Of a stretch of DNA of 64,000 nt, positions 41,078-55,964 are shown piece after piece (position 1 is the first letter of the stretch; the number at the start of each line of letters is the position of its first letter). The translations under genes were made by a program, and so were the position numbers. Below the pieces are notes generated by a model. It worked only from the letters and a program-made list of their open reading frames with translations. It was not told the DNA's origin and made no database searches. The DNA is taken from the NCBI GenBank assembly GCA_951406725.2, contig OX597815.1, positions 20,956,001-21,020,000 on the forward strand, written 5' to 3'. This DNA is from Octopus vulgaris (taxonomy: Eukaryota).

Positions 41078-41956
41078 GCATATATACATACATACATATA
41101 TATATACGTATATATATGTTTGAATAATATGCATGTATGTATGCGTATACGTACATACATATGTATATATATATATGTGTGTATATATAAATAGATGTAT
41201 ATATATATATATATATATATAAAATACATACAGACACTCGCACACGCACCTATATCTATATGCACATATATTATGCACGTGTGTGTGTCTGTGTGTGTGA
41301 GTGTTTCATACTTTCTTTACATGCGTGCGCACGTTTGCGTATTGTTTGTTTTTATAGCACTTAATATCCATAAATCAAAACATTTTACCGTGCGTCTAGA
41401 AAGTAGCCGAATATTGAAATAAACCAAACGGTATGTATCCCAACCTGCTTTACACTCCTATTAGCATTATTTTCAATAATACTGTACCTTTAATTCGTAT
41501 ATTTAATACCTTCTACTTCACATTTATCGCATTTTAGCCCCTTTATCTAACGTTGTATCAGAACACAATGCATTTGTGTACATTCTGTCTATTCGCCCGT
41601 CAGTGTGTCGATCTGTTTGTCAGGTTGTATATCTGTCCGTCTATTTGTCTGGCAGCTACTTTCACTTCGTCTGAACAGCTGTCTGCTTATCTCGTACACG
41701 GCGTACCTCAATTGTTTTCAAGCTGATAACAAACAACCTATACTGTTTAGATTTAAATGCTATTTATATATAGATTAACTAAATACGTGGCTAGTGATTA
41801 ATACATACATACATACATGCATACATACATATATACATACATACATACACACAAGCATACACACAAACAGACTGACAGAAAGGAAGGCAGATATAGTTAT
41901 ATATATTACATATATAAGCATATATATATATATACATATATGCATATATATGTGTA

Positions 41957-42053
<97 letters not shown>

Positions 42054-42135
42054 GTGAGTATCTATATGTATATATTTATATGCACACACATATATATATA
42101 GAACATATATATATTTATACACACACACAGATATG

Positions 42136-42178
<43 letters not shown>

Positions 42179-42383
42179 CCATATATAGGTAAGTACACAT
42201 AAATATATTTATAGGCGCGAAATTGTGTAAATCCTTAGGACGATAACTGAGGATTTGGCGACCTTCGGTGTCTGTTTTCCGTTTGTTTGTGTATTTTTTA
42301 AACTTATATATGCATATGCATATACATATTATATATATACAAACAAACAGACAAGGCAGACAAGTTGATAGACAGACAGACAA

Positions 42384-42420
<37 letters not shown>

Positions 42421-42425
42421 TAGAC

Positions 42426-42508
<83 letters not shown>

Positions 42509-44381
42509 CAGACAGATAGACAGGTAATACAAATGTAAATTATCTATTCGCATATATGTAGATAGATAATCGAATGTATACATGTATTTATATTGTAATA
42601 TTTCACATCAACATAAACTAATGTACTTTTGATATACTTAGTCAATTTTCCGCTTAGAGGTTGTTGTAGGTATAAATTAGGTATAACTAACGAAATAAAT
42701 CTAAATTTGGATTGCATATATGGTAAAGTGATGTTAAATGATGATTCTCTTGTCTGTAAGTGACTTATGTGGATTAGCGCTCGCACGTAATTTAAAAAAA
42801 CATAGCACATATGAGCCCAATAAAGATCCTAGGAAAACCGTTAAATCTTCCTCGGTGCTCACTCTACTATTTTTAAAATGGACACATTGCATAACATAGT
42901 CCTAAATATATTATTCGAAAAAGAAACTTGTATTGTATGGCCAGAACTGGAGTGCCTTTGATCATACCATCTTGATCAGCACCTTGTTGCTGCTAAACAA
43001 CTCTAAGAGAAACGGGAACCATAAAATATTCTTAGATTAAATTACCCACAAAATTTAATGAGTACTTAAATATTTTTATCTATTATTTTCTTCCTGTGCT
43101 ACACTTCATATTTTGTAAACACTAATAGTATCAAGTGGAAGATGCTTATTATGAGACTTACTTTTTATTATATCATATCTAAAATACTAAGTACACATAA
43201 CTTTCTGCCTCAAAGTTTCAAAGCAAATTATATATTACTTACTTTTTCTTTAATTCTAAAACATTTAATTCTTGAGAGTCAAGACTATTGAAAAGGTTGC
43301 AACAAGCAACGAAAATTTTAGGAAAACAAAAATAAGAAATAAGTGGAAATTTTACCAGTGAGTGTGTTAAATAATAAGGCACTAAAAGAGAATGACTCTC
43401 CCCAGACACAACAGAATTTAATTCTAAAATATTTATAAGCTTTTGATATTGTAACATTTAGTAATATATTGATGTAAAATTGAATTTACATTATATTGTG
43501 ATCATATGTTACAAAGTAAGGTGTATGTAGTTATCATATATGTTATGAAGGCACGTTGGATATCATACAGGATAAGCAGAGCAAATGATCTAGTTTTGCA
43601 CTTACTAACACTAAATATAAGATATATAGTTATCATATTTACGAAACAGTTTTAGATAGATATTATTTAGTTACCATATTACAGTGTAAACTTTATTCAC
43701 GAGTGTTTTACAAGTCGTTGTCTCAATGAAATATTAGTAAAAGCTATACTGTTATAATCTAACTTGACTAAAAACTTGACTAAAACTTACACATTTATTA
43801 GACTATATATAGATATAAACAGAACTTAAGCAGAAGATAAAGCTTTGTTATGAACCTGATTAATGAAAGATTAACATAAAAAATATATTTAATCCATGTG
43901 GTTAAGTACAACACAGTATAGTTAAGTACAAAACACTGTAGTTAAGGGCAAACTGCTAAGCATATTAAAATTGACGTAAATATTTTTGAATTAAAAATAG
44001 CGATTAGATTTACGCTAATCGATAATTTTGCGACAAAAGCGCACATTTCCAAAATTCGTTAATCTACTGGATTAACATGTTTCATAAGATCTCACTCAGT
44101 GAATCATATAGTATTTCGATAGGTGAAATGACATCTATGCAACGATATTCTTATGTTAAATAATATATTATCATACACCGTACTATACTATTTTATAATA
44201 TTTTAAATGTTCGTTAATTAGAGACACATTTCTAATTTACATATAGATATAACCAAGTATAGATGCATGTATACAGTAAGCAAAGAATATGAAAATTTCA
44301 TTTGGATCGGAAGGTTTGGACAAGATATACATACATACATGTATACATACATATATATGTATGTATTTATATATATATATG

Positions 44382-44430
<49 letters not shown>

Positions 44431-44447
44431 CACGTGTGTGTTTAACA

Positions 44448-44494
<47 letters not shown>

Positions 44495-44614
44495 CAAACA
44501 CATGTATTCAAGCATGCATACATACTACCTGCATACATACATGTATATATAAATACCTTTTTATATATTATATTCATATATATTATACTTATATATATAT
44601 ATATATATATATAA

Positions 44615-44790
44615 AGAGATAATGGTGTCATTGGGACCCAAAGGTATCAGGTAATGCTGAATAAGTGCTATAGACAGACCATAGTTAAGTTCCAGATTCG
44701 GTAATTTTGCGAATAAGGGGTTCAACCTTCTATCTATAAATGCTCTAATATCTACATAGTTTCGGTTTTTTTAATCTTATTACGCAAACA
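44615..44790 (+). mobile_element. Fragment of pLTR-like family H1 in (TA)n
   Basis: GACCCAAAGGTATCAGGTAATGCTGAATAAGTGCTATAGACAGACCATAGTTAAG resembles 1270-1326. Confidence 0.5.
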
Positions 44791-44817
44791 ATTCTTATAT
44801 GTATGTGTGTGTGTATG

Positions 44818-44891
<74 letters not shown>

Positions 44892-44893
<2 letters not shown>

Positions 44894-45278
44894 CGTAAGC
44901 GTGGCTGTGTGGTAAGAAACTTTCACCCAACAACATGGTTCTAGGATCAGTCCCACAGCGCAAGTATCTATACTATAGCCTCGGGCCGACCAAAATCTTG
45001 TGAGTGAATTTGGTAGACGGAAACTGAAAGAAGCCCGTTATATATATATTTATGTTTGTGTATCTGTGTTTGTCCCCCTACCATCGCTTGCTAACCGATG
45101 CTGGTGTGTTTATGGCCCCGTAGCCTAGTGGTTCGGCAAAAGAGACCAATAGAATAAGCACTAGGCTTACAAAGAATAATTCCTGGGGTCGATTTGGTCG
45201 ACTAAAGGCCGTGCTCAAGCATGGCCGCTGTCAAATGGCTAAAACAAATAAACCAGTAAAAGAAAGAATAAAAGAATA
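44892..45278 (+). mobile_element. SINE family A, full length
   Basis: Colinear with 50142-50568. Confidence 0.88.
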
Positions 45279-45291
45279 TATATATTCATAT

Positions 45292-45361
<70 letters not shown>

Positions 45362-45379
45362 TATATATACACAGGTATG

Positions 45380-45427
<48 letters not shown>

Positions 45428-45477
45428 CTCATATATGAATGAATATATATATATATGTGTGTGTGTGAGCAGGTATG

Positions 45478-45520
<43 letters not shown>

Positions 45521-45656
45521 TTTATTTTGATATATGTACATGTATATTGTACATATTTGTACATACGTGTATATATATGCACCTAGAAAGACAAATTGAT
45601 AGATATGTGTGCGCATTTGCTCACGCACATGTGCACAGATATATGTACATAATCCA

Positions 45657-45702
<46 letters not shown>

Positions 45703-46620
45703 GTTAACCAATTAACTGCAAATAAACTGGTGGAGAAACTGAAATATTTCCTAAGTAATCTTAAATGATGATCAACAAGTTTGAACTTTCTTCCAACCTT
45801 GTTATTCTCAAAGACATGACTGTCAATCAAGAATGAAACAAATCTACCAACTACTAAGTAACAAAATAGATTGTCAGACAAAAATAAACGCTTCTTAAGA
45901 GACAAAAATCTAATTGATTTCAGTAATATTTCACATTATAAACTTTTTTTATTCAATACTGCGCAGCAAACAAAATATTTGAGACTATCTTCAATAATTT
46001 GAACTGTACACAGAAGTAGGGAAGATGAAACATTTACACTGTAGTAAATTCATTGTAACTATTTTAGTATGCTCTTGAAGTCATTTTTATTTTGTTATTA
46101 TCGTGTAAAAAGACCCACATATTATTAAATTGTAATATAAATATTTCAGAACAATAATGAAGTAATAGCATTATTTTTAATATCCATGATAAATACACCA
46201 TAGCAGAGTCACTACTATGGTATAATAATTTTAGTTACACAGCACAGTGTGTGTGTGATTAAAGATAAAAGTATTTAACAAGCATGTATCACTCACCTTT
46301 TATCATAATTTTATTCATATCTAAGATGTTTTATAAAACGCTACGAAAGAACAAATGACTTTTTAATGCACATGAGCATAAAAAATTTGTTAATTTCGAA
46401 AAAAAGAAATATTGATAACTTTTTCATAATTGTTTTTATCTTTTTTATACTGATTTCATTTCTTCTTGCCATGAAGAGATAACTATTTTTTTCGATTATG
46501 ATATGACAATTAAGGTGGCGAGCTGGCACATCGGTAAATATATAAATATCTGTGTATCTGTGTATATGTGTGCATTTATGTATGGGTGTATATATATATG
46601 TATATATATGTATGCATATA

Positions 46621-46793
<173 letters not shown>

Positions 46794-46859
46794 TTATGCA
46801 CGCATACCCACTCGCAAACACGCAAACACACACACGTATGTGTGTGTACATATTCTTTC

Positions 46860-47036
46860 ACGTGTTTCAGTCATTAGATTGTGGCCATGCTGGGGTACTG
46901 CTCTGAAGGATTTTTTGTTGAACTAGTCGACCCCAATATTTAAAACTGTGTTCTTATTCTATTTTCTCCTTTTGCCGAACTGTTAAGTTATGGGAACGGA
47001 AGGACGCCAACATAGGTTGGAGGATAAACAGAGCAC

Positions 47037-47085
<49 letters not shown>

Positions 47086-47640
47086 AGGATAAACGAAGAC
47101 AAATGCATATATGTGTGTGTGTGTGTAAGAATATATATTCTTTTATTCTTTTACCTGTTTCAGTCATTTGACTGCGGTCATGCTGGAGTATTGCCTTTTT
47201 AGTCAAACAAATTGACCCCAGGCCTTATTCTTTGTATGCCTAGTACTTATTCTATCGGTTACTTTTGCTGAACCGCTACTTTACGGCGACCTAAACAAGC
47301 CAGCATCAGACTTCTTTCAGTTTCCGCCTACCATATCCACCCACAAGTCTTTGGTGGACCCGAGATTATAGTTGAAGATACTTGTCGAGCGTACCACTCA
47401 GTGGGACTGAATGCGGTACCATGTGGTTGGGTAGCAAGCTTCTTACCACACAGCCACTCCTGCACCTATATATACAAGAATATATATATTCTTTCAATTT
47501 CCATCTACCGAATCATTCACAAGGGTTTGGTCGGCCCACGGCTGTAGAAGAAGACACTTGCCCAAGGTATCACGCAGTAGGACTGAACCCAGAACTATGT
47601 GCATAGGTAGCAAGCTTTTAAGACACAGCCAAGCTTGCGC
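46860..47640 (-). mobile_element. Cluster of three partial SINE family A copies (46860-47030, 47139-47466, 47490-47640)
   Basis: Recurrent GTTTCAGTCATT..GGCCATGCTGG and GGGACTGAA..CACAGCCA motifs. Confidence 0.8.
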
Positions 47641-48721
47641 TTGTATATATATATATATATACTTACACATTGTAACTGTTTACTGTTATTAAAACTTCAA
47701 TGAGATGTTCTTTTCTTAGTTTGAAACTAACCACCTTACCATAAGATTACAAATACTTTAATACTGACCATACATTACATCAAAAGACCTTTAATTTCTG
47801 AAGGTCTAGTCCCATTCCAGTTCAATGTGGTAAAACTAAATTTCTCACTATATTTATAGCAGTTAAGTAGATTTAGTGAATGACCAATGTGCTGTTTACA
47901 TTCTGAAAAGAATAACCATCAACAAGGTTTGGTGAAATAAATTGGAACTAAAACGGTTTCATTTCTATGATTTCATTAGTTAAGAATGGTTTTGAAAGAT
48001 AGAATTTAAGTAAGAAAAAAAACAAATAACAGGGACAAGTGTGTATGTGTATGTGTGTGTGTAAGTATATGTGTGTGTGTGGGGGGGGGGTGCAAGTTTT
48101 AATGCTGTAAGATTTTAAAGTTGACGTGCTAATATTTTCTTCGTTACCCAATCTTTCATAACCTCAGTTGGTAGATTAAATTGACTTAATGATCTCTTAG
48201 TATTGTTTAGTACTCACTAACCATACTTAACGTTAATCAACTTAAGTTTACCCGTTAATAAGTGCAAATTATTTTAAAACATACCTTACGTCTTTACTAA
48301 ACTTGAACTGATAATTGTTCTTTAAATGTTAACAACGGATTTACAGGATTACATAATGTGTTAAAAATAAGTTAAATACTAAACCTATTTATCTCACTAA
48401 GCTATATTTATCCCCACAAACAAATGAAGATTTCAAGACTTATAGATCCTTTTCCTTAATCTCAATAACATAACAACATAAAATATAGGCCTACAAATAT
48501 AGATTATATAAATTTCAAAGACAAATTGTGGTGAAAATAAGAAGGGAGAAAATACTAAATGAGAGCTTCTAGGTCTTTCGGCTGTGATTTATGCAAAAAT
48601 AGAGATATGCGTTCTAAAATTACAAACGATAATATGTAGCATTATCTCCAGTAATTATAAATACGTGAAAATACGTATGTGTGTGTGTGTGTGTGTGTGT
48701 GAATGTCTATCTGTCTTTCTG

Positions 48722-48959
<238 letters not shown>

Positions 48960-49116
48960 TTAGGTTTTCGCTTTGGCGTAGCGATACTAACAGCCACTTG
49001 TTAGAACTCATTATACCGTACTTACTTATGTTTTAACATAATCGTCTGATGAGTATTGAGCATAATATCAATTAATAAAAGATAAATTAACAGGAGTTAC
49101 CTAATTACTTTCATTT

Positions 49117-49195
49117 TCTTACGACTGTTTCCTTTATAAAAAGCTTGCACCGATATCTGAGTGATGTTGCTACGTCTAATAACTTCTTCAGAGAC
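49117..49195 (-). ncRNA. Degenerate hammerhead-like motif
   Basis: Minus strand GTCT-CTGAAGA-[~53 nt]-GAAA-CAGTCG-TA-AGA; stem II poorly preserved. Confidence 0.4.
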
Positions 49196-49383
49196 ATTTC
49201 AATAAAGTATGTGTTATATACTTCCATATATGTGTGTGGATGTCTATTTATGAGTGTGGGTGTTTTGTGTGCGTGTTTGTGTGTGTGTATGTGCACGTGT
49301 GTACTCATAATCATGAACCGTGTCCAACAAAATATTTTGTTTCTTCTATAAATATATACATAGACATAAATACATATATACAT

Positions 49384-49434
<51 letters not shown>

Positions 49435-49514
49435 CACACTCACACACATGTGTGTATATATGTATATATATATATATATGTGTGTGTGTGTATGCATGTT
49501 TATATGTATATGTA

Positions 49515-49670
49515 TACGACGGGCTTCTTTCAGTTTCCGTCTACCACATCCACTCAGGCTTTGGTCGGCTTGTGACTGTTGCAGAAGATACTTGCCCAAA
49601 GAGCCTCGCAGTGGGAATGAACCCAAAACTATGTGACTGGGAAGCAAACATTTTACCTCTCAGCCTGCCC
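49515..49670 (-). mobile_element. SINE family A 5' half
   Basis: ACGACGGGCTTCTTTCAGTTTCCGTCTACC...GATACTTGCCCAA. Confidence 0.8.
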
Positions 49671-50141
49671 CTATGCACACGAAGATATTCACACATAATA
49701 TTTGAAGATGCTCAAGATTGCATGTAACGACCCTTGCGTGTGTGATGCCTTCTGCATGGTTTGTCAATATCCTTGATGAGTTTGGTAAGCTGTCTTTTAA
49801 AAAAGGTTTTTGTACCTTGTCATTAAATATTTCTGTCGTTCGCAAAAACGTTTAAAATATTCAGAAGAAATAAATATAAATTGTTGATCTTTCATATTCT
49901 TCTTATTCTACTATATTTTCATTCCTACGTAAGATATATCATAGGAATTTAAAAGAAAACTATAACTCGTTAAATAGGCACAATACTTGATTGGTACTTT
50001 CTTTTATCGACTGCGAAAGCATAAAAAGCAAAAACTGACCTCAGTGGAATTTGAACTCAAAACCCAGTAGCAAAGTAATAAATCTTGTTGTAAGGTAGGT
50101 AGTAAAACAGACTATTAGGCGCAGTAGTAAAACAGACTATA

Positions 50142-50568
50142 GGCGCAGGAATGGCTGTGTGGTAAGTAGCTTGCTAACCAACCACATGGTTCCGGGTTCA
50201 GTCCCACTGCGTGGCATCTTGGGCAAGTGTCTTCTGCTATAGCCCCAGGCCGACCAATGCTTTGTGAGTGGATTTGGTAGACGGAAACTGAAAGAAGCCT
50301 GTCGTATATATGTATATGTATATATATGTAAGTGTGTGTGTGTTTGTATGTCTGTGTTTGTCCCCCTAGCATTGCTTGACAACCGATGCTGGTGTGTTTA
50401 CGTCCCCGTCACTTAGCGGTTCGGCAAAAGAGACCGATAGAATAAGTACTGGGCTTACAAAGAATAAGTCCCGGGGTCGATTTGCTCGGCTAAAGGCGGT
50501 GCTTCAGCATGGCCGCAGTCAAATGACTGAAACAAGTAAAAGAGTAAAGAGTAAAAGAGTAAAAGAGT
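50142..50568 (+). mobile_element. SINE family A, young full-length copy
   Basis: GGCGCAGGAATGGCTGTGTGGTAAG (A-box), GGTTCAGTCCC (B-box), internal microsatellite, 3' hairpin CAGTCA-AA-TGACTG, (GTAAAAGA)n tail. Confidence 0.93.
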
Positions 50569-50704
50569 ATTAACTCAAAGTACACTATTAACTCAAACCT
50601 AGTAGTAAGGGACACTGTTAACTCAAATTATTTTGCCCGTCACTCCACTCACTGTGCTTTATCAGCTAGACTTATTTTTGTCGTTACGGTTCATTTAACA
50701 TCAC

Positions 50705-51120
50705 TTCGTGACCGCTGAAAAATGTCTGATTATCAATTCACTAAGTAGATGATAGCGTTTGTCAAACATTTCGCTAGTCATATAATATTTCAGTAACTTT
50801 TTCACAAGGGTGTTGATAATGTTTGACTAAATATTTACTAAGCATCTAGTAATGTTTAACTAACAATTCTCCAAAGTAGATGATAAAGTTTAAGTAACAG
50901 TAGGTAATTATATTTTGCCTTACAGTTAAATAGATAGCTGATGATATTTGACTAATAGTTCACTAGATAAATGATAATTTCTAATTAACAGTTCACTAGT
51001 TACATAATAATGTTTGACTGGCATTTTATAAGGCAGATGATTATGTTTTGTGAACTGATTGGTATGTAGATCATTATGTTTGACAAGGTGTGCACTAGGT
51101 AGGAAATGATGTTTTACAAA
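50705..51120. repeat. Degenerate 33-bp minisatellite, roughly 12 units
   Basis: Units such as GTTCACTAGATAAATGATAATTTCTAATTAACA and GTTCACTAGTTACATAATAATGTTTGACTGGCA; approximate consensus GTTCACTAGGTAGATGATAATGTTTGACTAACA. Confidence 0.7.
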
Positions 51121-51208
51121 ATTTTTATTTGAAAGCTCAAAACGTTTAACTCTCAGCTCTGAAGTTCTTGCCGCAGCAATTTTTTAAATTGTAGTATTAT
51201 ATAAACTA

Positions 51209-51507
51209 CTAGCAGTATCGCCCGGCGTTGCTCGGGTTTGTAAGGGAAATAACTATATAAGCATTTTTAGAGAGTTACTTCCCTTATATAATAGCCAAAA
51301 AATGCATTAAAAATGGGAAAAAATGATGGTAATTTTTTTTTTAAATCGTAGACTCATCGTAGACGCGCGCTAATACCCAGAAGGGCTCGATATGAATCAC
51401 GACTATAAGATACCCGCTTTTGGTTAAACTGCACCGCAAAATGTGGGAGTAGTTAGGAATTTAAATCGTAGGAGACAGACACACAACTTCACTTTTATAT
51501 ATAAAGA
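51209..51507 (-). mobile_element. Non-autonomous Helitron family 1, shortest variant
   Basis: Same termini and hairpin as the 8910 and 12948 copies; A|T insertion site. Confidence 0.9.
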
Positions 51508-51869
51508 TTTCCTTTCATAATATACGACTGTACAAACATTAATAGCCTGGAGCTAAATGATAATAGCATAAACAGGTGATAATTCTACTGGAAAATCAGT
51601 TTGTGCGGTTTGTTTTTCAGTATAGATTCCAACTTGTAAATGATCTGTTGTCATCTACTCAACACAACACACTGAGTGTACTGTTTCTTCGGCATTCATT
51701 GGTCTACCTGTTGAAATACCGACGTATATTCTACACAGACAAACGAAACTGAGATACTTTCAAAACAAAGATTGTACCTGCATGCCTACTAGTGTACACA
51801 CACACACACATTCACATACATACACACACATGTATATGTATATACATACATATATACATACATATATGC

Positions 51870-51972
<103 letters not shown>

Positions 51973-52817
51973 CATACATACATACATACATACATACATA
52001 CATACATAATGTGTATACTTAAACAGCACATGTATGCATGTACATGTGCCTGTGCGTATGTGATTATGTATGTATAATATATGTCAATATATATGCGTGT
52101 GCGTGTGTGTATGTGTGTGTGCCTGTGTGTCTGTGTCTGTGTATGTGTATGTGTATGCGTGTGTGCATATGTGTGCGTATGTCAGTATACACATATATCT
52201 ATCCATATATACATAAATATGTATGCATATACATAGGAGTTTATGTGTGTATTTGAGGAGAGAAGAAAAGGAGAGCAGACGTTTTAAAGAAAGAAAAAAG
52301 AAAAAAAGAAAGAAAGAAAGAAAGAAAGGAAGGAAGGAAGGAAGGAGGGAGGGAGGGAGGGGCAGAGGGAAGGAAGAGAGGGTCTAAAGAAAAAAAACCA
52401 TGAACATTTTGATCACTTGAAGCTGAATAGTTATAAAAGACTTAGGTCAAATTTTCATCAAACATAAATATAATTAATCACATTTTGTTTATTATATCGT
52501 TGAAACCATTCAAATGTAAATATGCGTCAAACTATCTTAAGTTCTATTCGTAATTCTCTCTCCGTCCTTCTCTCAAACCCTCTCACTGCCTCTCTCTCAT
52601 TCGTCCTCTCTCTCTTTCTCTTTCTTTCTTTCTCCCTCCCTCTCTTTCTGCCTCTCCCACCATACACTCGTTTGAATACACACACGTATACATAGGCAGG
52701 CAAATATGTACATAAGTACAAACGCATACATGCACAGAAAGATACACACAACGTATATATATATATATATATATGTGAGCGTGTGTAAGCAATACATACA
52801 TATACACATACATACAT

Positions 52818-52918
<101 letters not shown>

Positions 52919-52925
52919 CATATAT

Positions 52926-53040
52926 AAAGTTAATCCAAACATGAAAACACAAAGAGAAAACACAACAGTGCGAGGACGTGGAACAAGTATAGTGTTATTG
53001 GACGCTCAGGAAAGGAAAGAAAGAAAGAAGGAGGATTTAA
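52926..53040 (-). mobile_element. Truncated pLTR-like family H2 copy ending next to the hammerhead cleavage site
   Basis: Homologous to 25976-26085; homology stops at GAGGATTTAA. Confidence 0.75.
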
Positions 53041-53087
53041 AGATATATATATGCACACATTTACATACATACACGTATATGCATATA

Positions 53088-53894
53088 CTAGCTGACGTAC
53101 CCAGTAACTCTCGGGAAAGCTGGGCTGATCCCATGGTTCCGTTCTCATTATTGTTTTGTACATTTACAGAGAACACCGAACTGTCTTACACAGGATCATG
53201 TTTTTAGGAATTCTCAATAAGTTATGAATACCAAAATTGTGTAGTCAGTTATGCAATAACATGAAATTAGTTACCCGATAGTAAGAATTCAGATAAAATA
53301 GCCACGAAAAGGGCTTTAAAGCGTTCCAAGGGTATATAGAACATAGGAGGAAATACTAATAAGGTATGTATGCTAAAATAGTGAAGCATGTTACGTAATA
53401 ACAAACTAATCAGGTTTGAGATAATAACAATTCAAAGTAAATAACTCTGAAAAGGGCTTGTGTGCGTTCCCAGAGAATATTCCCCACAGGGGCGCTAGTG
53501 TTGGTATATTCGTGAATATGTCACTAACTGAAATAAGTGGATCTAGTGATTAGGAAAATACTATTAACTTGTTTAAGGGTTGTACTGGATAAATTGTGAA
53601 AATTTAGGATAATGAATGGGTTATTTCCCTTGGATATATATATAAGGATCCCTTCCAGGGGCGAATAGGTTATTTCCCTTAGTTTTTAAAATTAAATATA
53701 TTAGATATATATATATATAAGGATCCCTTCCGGGGGCCATATTATCGATTTTTTTTTTCAACAGGCTGTTGAGGTTTCCAGACATGAGTTCTACTCACGT
53801 GTCAAGTTTCATTAAAATCGATAAAACGATGTATGAGTTAGCTAACAACTCCACAAACACACACACTGACAGAATTTCCCACATATGTAGAAGA
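53088..53894 (-). mobile_element. Non-autonomous Helitron family 2
   Basis: Minus strand A|TCTTCTACATATGTGGG ... imperfect hairpin CCCGAGAGTTACTGGG-TACGTCAG-CTAG|T; internal direct repeat at 53621-53662 and 53671-53738. Confidence 0.75.
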
Positions 53895-54389
53895 TACATA
53901 CATTTATATGTATATTTATATATATATACATACATACGTGTATATGTATATATATGTATGTCTATATACATATGTGTATATATACATACATGTATATATA
54001 TATATAAGTATAAATACATACATGTATATGTAAATATATACCTATACATACATAAATACATACATAGTGGGTGAATAAACACATAGAAACTTATAAATGC
54101 AATACATACGTACACACAGCTTGTTTTACGTTTCCTCTGTAAACAAAACCTCGTTATAATTGAGTTTGATATTGCTGCAGTTTAACGGATAAAACAATGA
54201 AAAAAAACCATTCACGTTTCTATACTATTTTAAAGAATTATAATTTCTTAAACCGTAGTATCTTTAAATTTATTCGGTACCCATGTTATCCAGTCATACC
54301 ACATAAATGTAAAACGCTATCACTTGATACCAAACGGAAGAACATAAGCAGAGTAGAAGACAAAAGGAAAATATTGCTTGAGTATCATT

Positions 54390-55266
54390 AGGATTTTGCC
54401 CTGCCAGCTTTACAAATGATAATGAATCGATCTGGAAAAATAAGAGCCGTAATGTAAACCAAGCACTTCTAACTAATAATTAAATGCAGGAAAATCCTGG
54501 TAAATAAGTTATCAATATAAAGTGTTTGGGTCAATGATGTGTCATGGCGTCATTCACAATACTTCCAAGATACTATGCAGCAAAAGGCGTTAAATTATTT
54601 AATAAGTTGAAATGAGAAGAATCGAAACAAGTCATTCTAATGTCATTCTTATACGTACTGTTAAAGTTGCAGAAACGAACTAATTTAAACGATCTTATCT
54701 TCACAGCATGTGGATAACAGAATTCCACAAGTGCTGAAATCTAGATGACGTCAGAATTTCCAGCACATAAGATGGGAAAGAGGTAAATATCCATCAAATC
54801 TAGTTTTTGGTATAGACGGATATAGGCTAGTTTTGGAAATAATTACTCTCGAAGAAAAACGACAGTAAAAACTGCAAAAGGAAGGTCATCTGCTAGAGAA
54901 TGGAGCCGTTTCAATCAGTAATTGACTTCTACACATAGAAGTAGACAAACTGGGATTTGAAGAATTGATACAGGTTGCATGTTGATAACAAGCAGCTCGC
55001 CTGTAAAGATATTAAGTGGTTGACAGAACTACAAGTATTAACTTCATATGGAGAAGCGGCTCCGCCACAACCGGTTTTCTCAGGAATATTAATGAAATAA
55101 CTCATGCTTTACAGCACCTTTCTGATAACTATCCAAATTTTGAATGGAGGATGGAAGCTAAAAGATCTGTACTGATGTAGCTGAATTGTTATACGAACGC
55201 ATTAGGAATTCTTAGCGTTATAATAAAAATAAAATTTAAACAACCAAAATGTGACATATATTTTTT
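54390..55266 (+). pseudogene. Fossil Tigger/pogo-type transposase, C-terminal part
   Basis: LGFEEL (54951). One frame at 55082-55266 reads INEITHALQHLSDNYPNFEWRMEAKRSVLM*LNCY...KFKQPKCDIYF (cf. DPNxERS..CY..KKxxQxxLDxFF). Confidence 0.65.
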
Positions 55267-55518
55267 ATTGTTTCGTATTTTACTTGTTGCATAAACTAAA
55301 GAAACTGGGGGTACATTTTACATTGAATTGCTTCAAAAGATTTTCCTGCTTATATAAAGGCATTATAGGCCTACAGTATTTTAAATAAACATATATTCAT
55401 CTCAATAAATAGTACTTATTTGCATCATAGTATATCTCACCTTCCTTTGATAAAAAGTTTCAGATAGCAAACACATACACACGCACGCACACGCACGTAC
55501 ACACACGTACACACACAT

Positions 55519-55553
<35 letters not shown>

Positions 55554-55707
55554 CACACACTCACACAAAGACTAACTTCACGAAGCTTTATCGCCGAGAT
55601 TGTACTTATGAGGTTTTTCTATGTCTTCTTTCTTTTTCCATTTTCTCCAAGACTTTCATTCTTTCTTTCTACACTGCATTCTATCTGAAGAAGGATCTGT
55701 TTTGTAC

Positions 55708-55964
<257 letters not shown>

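Noticed and set aside
50142-50215. tRNA-like sequences with A- and B-boxes (also at 8291 and other copies)
   Set aside because: These are SINE heads followed by SINE bodies; no complete cloverleaf or poly-T terminator.
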